Shown: in pieces, positions 52,474 to 64,000 of the stretch
Layout of the letters: each line of letters begins with the position of its first letter
Position numbering within the stretch: position 1 is the stretch's first letter
Origin: Octopus vulgaris
Taxonomy: Eukaryota
NCBI GenBank assembly: GCA_951406725.2
Contig: OX597814.1
Coordinates: 33,232,001-33,296,000 of the forward strand
Length of the DNA stretch: 64,000 nucleotides
Reading direction: 5' to 3'
Notes under the pieces: generated by a model
What the model saw: only the letters and a program-made list of their open reading frames with translations
Database searches by the model: none
Told to the model about the DNA's origin: nothing
Program-made: the position numbers and the translations under genes

Positions 52474-53082
52474 ATATATACGCGTGTGTATCTTTATAAA
52501 CTTGCTCACGGATGTGATTCGAACCTGGTATCTTTTGTTCGTCTTAATTTGTATTTATTCTACACTTTTCTGACGAACTCTATTTATGCGACCATAGCAT
52601 TTTAGATTATCTGCTTTTTAATAGTTTGGGATTTAAATTTTAACACAAGACCAGTAATTTTGATGGAGGGGATAAATCAATCACATCGCTCCCAGCGTTA
52701 AAATGTTAATTAATTCATCAACCTCTAAGTGTGAAATTCAAAGTGGATCATGGCAGAATTCGAACTCAGATTGTAAGGACGACCAAAATACCGCTGAGCA
52801 TTTTGCCCGGTGTACTAACGCATGTGCCAGCTCGCCGCTTTCTGCTATTTAATAATAAAAATTTCAAATTTTTGCACAAGGCCACCAAATTCGTGGGATG
52901 GNNNNNNNNNNNNNNNNNNNNNNNNNNNNNNNNNNNNNNNNNNNNNNNNNNNNNNNNNNNNNNNNNNNNNNNNNNNNNNNNNNNNNNNNNNNNNNNNNNN
53001 NTAAATGAAAGTATACGTAAGTGTTTGCGTTCTCTTCGTTCACCATGCTAATATGGCGCTTTCCTATAAAGATATATCTATG

Positions 53083-53140
<58 letters not shown>

Positions 53141-53435
53141 CTTATATAGATAAACATATATATGTATATACATACACACACACCCCACACGTATATATAT
53201 ATGTGCATGAATATTTATACGTTCATATATATATATTCGTACATATGTATATGTATGTTTAATGTAATTCTGCGCATGTTTATAAGACATATGAATACAA
53301 TGTGTGCATTTTGTATGTGTGCATTTCGTACATTATACTTCATTATGTCAGTATATCTATAATATAATGTCTTACGGGAAACTACACACATCATATAATT
53401 ACATCATATTTTTTGCATATATATATATATGCATG

Positions 53436-53478
<43 letters not shown>

Positions 53479-53906
53479 ATATATACGCGTGTGTATCTTT
53501 ATAAACTTGCTCACGGATGTGATTCGAACCTGGTATCTTTTGTTCGTCTTAATTTGTATTTATTCTACACTTTTCTGACGAACTCTATTTATGCGACCAT
53601 AGCATTTTAGATTATCTGCTTTTTAATAGTTTGGGATTTAAATTTTAACACAAGACCAGTAATTTTGATGGAGGGGATAAATCAATCACATCGCTCCCAG
53701 CGTTAAAATGTTAATTAATTCATCAACCTCTAAGTGTGAAATTCAAAGTGGATCATGGCAGAATTCGAACTCAGATTGTAAGGACGACCAAAATACCGCT
53801 GAGCATTTTGCCCGGTGTACTAACGCATGTGCCAGCTCGCCGCTTTCTGCTATTTAATAATAAAAATTTCAAATTTTTGCACAAGGCCACCAAATTCGTG
53901 GGATGG
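51999..53906. repeat. ~0.9-kb near-identical direct duplication flanking a 100-N gap
   Basis: 51999-52901 equals 53002-53906 apart from microsatellite length; gap at 52902-53001. Confidence 0.9.
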
Positions 53907-54460
53907 GTAAGTCGATTAAATCGACCCAGTTCTCAGCTGGTACTTATTTTATCGACCTTGACATGATGAAAGGTAAGTCAATGTTGGCAGAATTTGAACT
54001 CAGAACGTAAGGACGGACGGAACCCTACTAAGCATTTCACAGGGTGTGCTAACGGTTGTCATCTCACCGACTTTTTGTATTAATATCACTACTGGCGTAA
54101 AGGTTACAGGCGAGCAGATTCGTTAGCACGCTTGGCAAATACTTTGCGGCATTTCGTCTGATTTTTACGTTCTGAGTTCAACTTCCGCTGAGATTTACAT
54201 TGGCTTTCATTCTCTTGGATTCGATAAAATAGACAGCACTTAAGTACTGGGGGCCGATGTAATCGACTTAACCTCTCCCTCGAAATTTCTGGCCCGGTAC
54301 CAAAATTTAAAATCAATATTACTGCTGAAGTTGGATTCAAAACCCATCGAGTTCGACTTTGCCTTTCATCTTTTCAGGGCTCAATAAGTACCTATCTAGG
54401 AGTGAGGTCAACTTACTCCTTCCTCCGAAACTGTTCATCTTATGCAAAAATTTGAAACCA
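53630..54460. mobile_element. Cluster of four SINE family A copies (two on -, two on +)
   Basis: GAATTYGAACTCAGA blocks at ~53760 and ~53990; GTTCTGAGTTCAA at ~54170; GACTTTGCCTTTCATC at ~54355. Confidence 0.75.
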
Positions 54461-54957
54461 ATGTAGGTGGTGGTGTTCTGACATTGTTCTGTGCTGTTTA
54501 TATTATTTCTATCATTAATCGTTTATTTGGAGGGAAATTCTGTAAAGGATGAATGTATTATTTACTAAGTTTTCAAATCTAGTTTTGTTTTATGTCGTGT
54601 AGTTCCAACTGCAGTGTGAACAAACAGAACTGCGCCTTATTTCTACAGCCAAAGTGAATGTTAGTGTTCTTTAGTTAACAACTGTTCCAGATGATGTGAC
54701 TGTAAGGGTCTATAAACGTCCTTGAGTTTGGCAACTTTGCTGTTTTAGACTATCAGTGGGGAATGCAAAGGAAAATTTGTAACAATACTATTAAGATATA
54801 AATTAAGATATAAAACTAGAACGCAGGTGTTTTTAATGCATGTTAAAAGAAAACTTTATCATCATACATACAGAAAATATGTATAACTGTATATATCCTT
54901 ATGTATTCTCTCTCTCTTTCTCTTTCTCTCTCTCTCTCTCTTTCTCCACACATACAC

Positions 54958-54999
<42 letters not shown>

Positions 55000-55281
55000 C
55001 GATTTACTTCTAGACGTGAGACGTTTTAAAGAAAGTGAAAAGAGAGAGGAAATTTAAGTGCGAGCAGCAAGTTCTCGGGCAAATATTTCCTTTTAGAGAT
55101 ATCCAGACATACCCCACAGCTTCATTACCTACATGCTTCCTTGTCTGGTTGATTCATTGAATGATTGATAGATTGAATGATCGGTTGATTGGTTGATTTA
55201 CAAATCAATAGTTAAAGAGACAGAATTATCGAGCGGTTTTGTAGAAATAGATAGACAGAGAGACAGACAGATAGATAAATT

Positions 55282-55355
<74 letters not shown>

Positions 55356-55446
55356 CAGACAGATGGGTAGATAGATAGACAGACAGATGGGTAGATAGAT
55401 AGATAGACAGACAGATGGGTAGATAGATAGATAGACAGACAGATGG

Positions 55447-55500
<54 letters not shown>

Positions 55501-57089
55501 TGCCGGTGTAAGTTTAGAATAACAGAATGTGTGGAAGAATGCATACGTGAGATGGACAGATATATATTAAACGAGAATCAAATGAAAGAGAAAGCGAGAG
55601 ATTACTGTAAATAAGCTTCTCTGGGATTTAGTATGAATCGCACTAGATAATAAATATGAACTGTGAAGTAAGTCTTGTCTTCTCCGTTGACTGAAATAAC
55701 CAAAGAACAAGTCAGTAAGACTGCACTTACGGATTTTGCCTGTTTCAAATCACAGTGCTGCCTGAAGACAAACTGGAATTTGAGTAATGCTTCCAACGCA
55801 ATAAACATTGCTTGCGAGAAAGAATTCCGATATCAAATTTCACTCTTTTCTATTTTGTCCTTTTCACCCCAATGACTGTAGTAAGTCAGTTAAGCTGCAA
55901 GTTCTATGTGAAAAGTAAAAGCTTCCGGCTAACAAGTTGAGTCTGCGAATCGGTTTCAATTTCGTCCTTCAAGTATTTCTCTTCACTTCTATCAGTAATG
56001 TCTTTTAAAAACAAGCACATGAACTTTAGACAATCCCGGAATTTTATCTCCCTCTTTTATCAATTAGTAGTCTGTTAACTAAGAAATGAATAATAATATT
56101 TCGCATATTAAAAATTATTGATGCTCTTCCCGTCATTGATCTTCACGTGATAAGTTTGTCCTGTACGAAAAACAAGTGGTCGATTAATTCCAAGTTCACT
56201 CCGAGAATATTATGCTCAATACTTTTAGCGGGCCTTATCTTTTCTTTCACTTGTTTCAGTCATTGGCTTGCGGTCATGCTGGGCACTACCTTTAAAACAT
56301 TTAGTCGAACAAGTTGACTCGAACATTTATGTTTGTTAAAGAACTGCTAGGTTATGAGGACGTAAACAAACTAACAGAACCCGAAACAAGGTGCTTTCAA
56401 AACGAGATTCATACCCGCACACACATCTGTGCCTACTGGAGAAGTATGAAGGCCAGGTTTCACCCACTTTTACCTAGTCTTTTCTTTTTAATGAGTTGTG
56501 TAAAACATTCACACAAAAAAGTGGTTTAAAATAACTCATCCATCATTCTTCTCCCGATACGAAAGCCACCATATTAAAACGTATGGAAACACAATTTACA
56601 TTTACATGAGAAATGATATTTCACTTAAGGATTCATGCCTGGTTGAATTTGAAATATATTTCTTGAATGAAACAGAGTTCGACAGTGATCAGTAGTCGAG
56701 ACTTTTCCTGCTCCATTTTGGAACCTAATAATGTTAAAGAGTCAATTCAAAAGGGAATGAGATGACCGAGTCGATAGGATATGGGTGTAAATACTTTATT
56801 GCAATTGGAACGACACCTTGTTGTTTTATATGTAAATGTTGCCAGTTACAATGTTTATTTTTAATGTTTCGTAGCATGACTAATTCAGTTATTACTTTGG
56901 TAGAAAATTGCATTTAAACTTGTACTAAATACTTTCTTTAGTTTTATGCTTGAATTAAGAGGTCTGCGAAAATTTGCATCAGATTCTGTTCGTGGGTAGA
57001 CATAAAACACGAAAATACTAAGCCATTAAAACAAGCAAATTCAAAATAGTATTGCTCAGTAAGGTTTATTTAAAAGCTAATGAGAGGAG

Positions 57090-57720
57090 GTTAAAATACA
57101 TGTCAATGTGCTGTATCCTTCGCTTAAAAAGGTTATTGTCCATGAATTAAATTATATCAAAATTGGATGCATTTTGATAGGTATTTTCCAAATAATTCAA
57201 GCATTTTCTTCGTTTAACTTTTCAGCTGAGTGCTATCCTGTCATTTCACTATCTTATATCCCTATGTTCCTTATCTTACGAAGTTTCTGTTGTCACAACC
57301 CAATAGTTCCACAGAGAGTTATCTTCCACTCCTTTCAATTTAGTACTGATACCACTCCTTAAAATGTTCTTGGAAACCATGTATTCAAGTAAAGCCTTGC
57401 AAGCTCTCCAAGTAGTAAGATTAGAAAGGCTAAATATTTTATGGTCACTTCTTGTAATGTTTTACTCTTTATCAGATGACGTCCATAACATTCAGTATCT
57501 CCTGCTCAGAACATCTTCGAGGATCTGAAGAACATTAATCAAAATACAACAGATTACAGGCAGATAAATATTCGTATCTTTCCAATGTTACAGGCGGATG
57601 AATTTTCGTACCTTTTCAGTGTTTCACTGGTTCAATAAGGTGAACTCTACACTGGTCCTAAGCCGGCATTTCAAGTTTATTTTAAAATACTTCAAGCCGA
57701 ATATTTCGTATTTCTTTCAG
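57090..57720 (-). pseudogene. Possible highly decayed LTR-retrotransposon (BEL/Pao-like) integrase remnant
   Basis: Scattered minus-strand fragments (RVHL, SDK, LNSWTITF) in the order expected for RAVHL/SDN/LNSRPI; very degenerate. Confidence 0.2.
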
Positions 57721-58881
57721 TCGTAATTATATTCTATGCCAAATCATTGAGCAATCTTTAATGTAGAAGTAAACGATTATTCTTAAAACTTTTTTAACTT
57801 TTGGGAATTTACTTCCTTTCAAAACCATAGGATTATAGTTTGATTCCATCAGCCAAACAACACAGAATGTTTTGTTTTCGCATGTCCTGTTTTCTGACGT
57901 AGAGAATTTTATTTCTTGTCTTATCTAATATCGGGAAAAAAAAACAATGGCTCCCATTTATGTGTTGAATTTGATTGAATATCCTCAGAGAAAAGCGTTT
58001 AAAATGTTTTCTCACGTAGAGCACACTAGAACGCATTGTAGCAATTTTGGTTTTTTTTTTAAAAAACACTGCAAATTTGAAAGGTTGATTAACTCCATAT
58101 TTTTGCAATATGACACTCTTTTTCGAGTCTTCCACTCATTAAGCCAAGTTTTGTTTTCCTTTTCTAGGTAATTAGAAAACTTTCTAGTAAACTCTCCAAT
58201 TAGATATTAGAAATATTTACAATTTTGTTTTTTATCCTTATGTCGAGAAGAACGACAGTACCCATGAACATTTGAAGAGACTTCCATGCTGAAATGAAGG
58301 AGAGAGAGTATATAGCAATAGTATCATCACATGGTATAACAGACTGCAAAAACCATATAACGTTCAAATTTTATATACACACCTCGCCAAAGAGTGCTTC
58401 AATTAATATAGTCTTAGCAAAACCTACAGCGATCAATATAGGTATTTCTAAAAATACACTAAGAATATATCTTCAAACAAAAAACATATCTAAATCAGTG
58501 CACCATGAATTTGGTTCTGGGCTATATAAGTTAATATAATATATAGACTTAATTGAATTTATAAAAACAATTCGGGGAATATGTATTAAAATAAAATATA
58601 TTTTTATACGAGGGTACAAACATCATGTCTGCGAGCGCGGTGCATTCAGTTAAGGCTATATATATTAAGTTATACACACCAAAACCAGGTTCATTGTGTA
58701 TTTTCGTATGTACTTTTACTTGAAGATGCATTCTTGATGTATATTAGAAATAATTTTATTAAGATTAAGATATATAAAATTATAATGGCGAAAGGTCTGC
58801 TTAAAATTTAAGAAATATAAATTTTACGAGAATTCACAATCTGTTTACACTCTATGACCTTCACGTCACAAGTAAATATAC

Positions 58882-58914
<33 letters not shown>

Positions 58915-58915
58915 C

Positions 58916-59893
<978 letters not shown>

Positions 59894-59894
59894 C

Positions 59895-59995
<101 letters not shown>

Positions 59996-60170
59996 CACAG
60001 CCTTGTTTTTTTGTCTCATTATGTTATACACTCAAGCTGACATATGACCAACGTTGAACCCCTTATTCGCATAACTTGGAACTTAAGTATGCTTTACCTA
60101 TAGACATTATTCAGCATTACCTGACATCTTTGGGTCTCAACGACACAATTACCTCTCATACCCGCCATAT

Positions 60171-60213
<43 letters not shown>

Positions 60214-60230
60214 GTGTGGGTGTGTGTGTG

Positions 60231-60314
<84 letters not shown>

Positions 60315-60378
60315 CAATAATAAATCTCTGAACGAGGTATAAACAGTAACTGCACGACGAGATGGCAAATATACCTCA

Positions 60379-60419
<41 letters not shown>

Positions 60420-60579
60420 CACTATATATATATATTATATATATTATATATATATGTATATATATATTGTATATACATATATATATATTAAACACTATAT
60501 ATATATATTATATATATTATATATATATGTATATATATATTGTATATATATATATATATATTATATATTACATATATCT

Positions 60580-60630
<51 letters not shown>

Positions 60631-60909
60631 GTAGAAAGGTGGGTTAAGAATCCATACAAATCAAAAGTTTTAGGTAAAAAGTTACGTTGGAAGCCCCACC
60701 GAAACATGTGTAAAGAGATTTTTACTTTTTCTATATTTGTTACATTAAGTGACTTTCACAAAATATTACTGGCTTCGATGTGTATATCCATTTTATCAAA
60801 ATCCCAAGTTATAAATTAGGAAATAAGAATTAAAAATATATATATAGTGAATCCAAACAACTAAGAAAAAAACATGAAAAACCACCGCGAGGACGTGGTA
60901 CAAGTAATG

Positions 60910-60947
<38 letters not shown>

Positions 60948-61524
60948 GGACTTCTCATTTTCCCAGCAAACGAAGCTTTCAGCTGTACTTTAATCAAATG
61001 AAATACATTTTGACTGATACAGTGACGAAAAATAAATACATTTTGAAGGGACAAAAATTGTGTTTAATTCTAATAGACATTGTAAGATATATTTCTTCTT
61101 TATGAGTGATTGTTCTAATTATCACATTATGGAAACACCAGTATTGTGTTTTTTGTATATTTAAGTTTTCAGGGCAAAAATCCTAAAACTGAATATTCAC
61201 AGTTTCTTTGTAATGTGTCATTTCTGTGTTAGAATGTTTCGAATTTTAGATTTTTCTGATAGATTTCACTTCTGTTAATTGGCTGGTTGATTATCATCAA
61301 CTTGACAGCAAATTCTAAGTAATTAACCTCAATTTTACATATATACAAATTTATGTATATAATTGTATACATACAATTTGAGTTGAAGAGACAAAACAAT
61401 ACAACTACTATACCCTGCAACCAATCCCAGGATAAATAAAATCATCAATGTCCCCATTGCGACTTCACAGCAAAATCCATGCCTGGAATCACCGCATACG
61501 CTCTTTAAATTTAAGCGACCATCA

Positions 61525-61906
61525 TCTCTCTATATATAAACGGCAGTTTGTCTGTGCGTGTTTCTGTGTGTCTGTTTGCTTGTACCCTCACCCTGACCAC
61601 GGCTTTCAACCGATTCTGATGAAACATGACACACACATAGCCCAATGTCATAATTCAAAACTAACGCAGTGAAAATTTTGAAAAGATCCCCCAGTTCTGA
61701 AAAATATCGATAAATTTGACATGGGGTTGAGAATCAGAAACACAAACCGCAAACTGTCTAGGGGACGCAAATCCACCTTTTTTAACTAAAAAAAAATTTA
61801 CCATCATTTTTTTCCCTTTTTTTGCTATTTTTTGGCTATAACTCTCTAAAAATGCTTTATAGTTATTTCCCTTACAAACCCGAGCAACGCCGGGCGATAC
61901 TGCTAG
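61525..61906 (+). mobile_element. Non-autonomous Helitron
   Basis: 5' TCTCTCTATATATAAA, 3' CCCGAGCAACGCCGGGCGATACTGCTAG, A/T insertion site; last ~110 bp shared with 39489-39886. Confidence 0.8.
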
Positions 61907-61914
61907 TCATATAT

Positions 61915-62610
61915 AAGCGCAGGCATGGCTATGATTAAGAAAGCTCGCTTTCTAAATTCGTGGCTTCTTATTCAGTCGGCACCTTTCCTACTATAGCCCC
62001 GAGCCAACCAAAGGCTTGTGAGTGGATTTGATGGACAGAAACTATGACGAAACCCATCATATAACTCTGTGTGTTTTTATATGCGTGTTTTTCTACATAT
62101 ATTTGTGCCTCCTACTGCTTGACAACCGGTGTTTGTTTGTTTATGTCCCTGGAGCTGAGCTGTTCAGCAAAGCAGATCTATAAGACTAAGTACATTCATA
62201 ATAATAGTACAAAGGTCGATTTCTTCGACGAAACACGTCAAACCAGTGCAGCAGTATGACCGCAATCCAATGACTGAAACAAGGAAAGAAAAAATATTCT
62301 TCAATAGCTGCGGTGTGGTAAAAATCTTGTTTCCCAACCACATGGTTCCGGGTTCAGTCCCACTGCATAGTACCTTGGGCAAGTGTCTTCTGCTATAGCC
62401 TCGGGCCAACCAAAGACTTGTTAGTGGATTTGGTAGACAGAAACTGAAAGAAGCTCGTCGTATATATATATATTTGTGTGTGTGTCTTTGTGCCTGTGTT
62501 TGTCCCGCCACCATCGCTTGACAACCGATATTGCTGTGTTTACATACCCGCATGTTAGCGGTTTGGTCAAAAGACCGATAGAATAAGTACTAGGCTTACA
62601 AAGAATAAGA
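61915..62610 (+). mobile_element. Two tandem SINE family B copies with tRNA-like heads
   Basis: GGTTCCGGGTTCAGTCCCACTGC...ACCTTGGGCAAGTGTCTTC; tail ATGACTGAAACAAG at ~62270. Confidence 0.8.
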
Positions 62611-62651
62611 GATTAGGACATGTATCCCTTCATAAATAATTTGTATATGTG

Positions 62652-62686
<35 letters not shown>

Positions 62687-62704
62687 CACACACACATACA
62701 CACA

Positions 62705-62945
62705 CAGGGTGTGGCGAATAAACTGTTGTCTAAATTACGCGGAAATGAAAATTACGCTCACATCTCATTTTAATAGAAATTACATAAAAAGATCTCGAAA
62801 TACTAAAGTGTAAATTTATTCAATAAAGTCGCCATTGGCTTCACCCACGGCATCCAGACGACTTCTCGGGATCTCCTCCAACTCTTCTGGACGGTCTCTT
62901 TGTTTAAGTTGGTGAATGCTGCCATAATCTTTGCCTTCAGTTCGC
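62705..62945 (-). mobile_element. Tc1/mariner-superfamily transposon 3' end (transposase C-terminus and TIR)
   Basis: ELKAKIMAAFTNLNKETVQKSWRR/RSRLDAVGEANGDFIE*; terminus ACAGGGTGTGGCG. Confidence 0.65.
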
Positions 62946-62949
62946 CGCG

Positions 62950-63437
62950 CCTCAGTACCAAGCATCGAACCCACCATTCTTCGCCATAGTCTCCGCTGGG
63001 CAAGTCACGTCCAGCGTATGAAGCCCTCTCGTCTTCCGAGGATCATGCTCTACCGAGAACTTGCAGCTGGAACAAGACACAGAGGAGGCTCGAAATTCTG
63101 CTTTTTAGATCAGCTCAAACTGACCCGGGTTCAAGCTAACATCGAGCTATCCTCATGGGAATCGATTGCTATGGATAAGACAAACTGGAAGACTGTTATC
63201 CGCACTGGAGCCGGCTCCTTCGAGCAGAAGAGACAAAAGAATGAGGAGGTAAAACGAAGGAAAAGAAAGGAGCGTTTTCAACATCCTCAACTCGCACCTG
63301 CAATCCTATACGAATTCTGCCCACGACTCTTTCAGCACCGGCTTGGACTCCAAAGTCACATTCGGCACACACGTTTGCAGAGGAGACTGAATGGAGACTG
63401 ACGAAGCCAATGCTCTGATACGAGCTCGAGCCGACGA
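62950..63437 (+). pseudogene. RTE LINE 3' fragment
   Basis: LRWASHVQRM..SRLPRIMLY.EL..G.R..GG, SSWESIAMDKTNW, and C2H2-like end FCPRLFQHRLGLQSHIRH. Confidence 0.8.
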
Positions 63438-63445
63438 TATATATA

Positions 63446-63496
<51 letters not shown>

Positions 63497-63609
63497 ACTG
63501 CTCGCTTAGCCAGCGGAGTGGCGTCATTTGAAGGGTAAAACAATGCGAAACGCATTGCGACCAGCGATGTGTAGCAACATCTGATAGCCTGGTCGGTCAC
63601 GGTGATACG

Positions 63610-63656
<47 letters not shown>

Positions 63657-63682
63657 GGTGGCATACGAGTGGGTATATATTT

Positions 63683-63996
63683 ATAAAAAGAAGTTTGAAA
63701 ACGCCACTATATAAGATAAATTTTAATTTTCTTAGAGATTTTACATGTTACCACAGTTACAGCCAACGATTCAGTCAACACACAAGACAGTCATTATGCT
63801 CCTCACCCCTACAGAACACCACGACGTGGTCTCTGTTGAGACTAGTAAGAAACAATTATGAACTTTTTAAATTACACTTAACTTTTATGAATATTTTTGA
63901 TAAGCCTCGTTTTTTCAAGAAGAACCGAAACATGTAAAATCTCTAAGAAAATTAAAATATATCTTATATAGTGGCGTTTTCAGGCTTCTTTTTTAT
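63683..63996. repeat. Foldback with ~67-bp arms and a degenerate hammerhead at the right arm boundary
   Basis: 63683-63749 is the reverse complement of 63929-63996; ATTT-TTGATAA-G...C-GAAACATGTA-AAAT at 63893-63940. Confidence 0.75.
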
Positions 63997-64000
63997 CAAT

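Noticed and set aside
60684-60720. CCGAAACATGTG as a hammerhead remnant
   Set aside because: No recognisable CUGANGA half or valid cleavage triplet

Overview
AT-rich, microsatellite-dense eukaryotic repeat landscape with no convincing host exon. The SINE and microsatellite make-up suggests a coleoid cephalopod (Octopus-like) intron or intergenic region; this is an inference. Most ORF-track entries are translations of (TA)n, (CA)n, (GATA)n or (TAA)n runs. The real coding remnants are transposon-derived: mariner/Tc1 transposases, Penelope-like (PLE) GIY-YIG endonucleases, a CR1/L2-group RT, RTE RTs, R4/Dong-like restriction-like endonucleases and a CCHC zinc-knuckle ORF1. Several tRNA-derived SINE families, two non-autonomous Helitrons and a hAT-like MITE are also present. 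The main signal is at 15103-16693: a young non-coding 568-bp unit present as two tandem copies plus one inverted copy, inserted in (TA)n. Each copy carries an intact type I hammerhead ribozyme, which fits a retrozyme-like element predicted to release a 568-nt monomer RNA. Degenerate hammerheads also occur in a Neptune-type PLE 3' region, in an ORF1-only (HAL1-like) element and in a foldback at the window end. The 0.9-kb duplication around the 100-N gap is probably an assembly artefact. Element boundaries were read by eye and are approximate unless stated otherwise.
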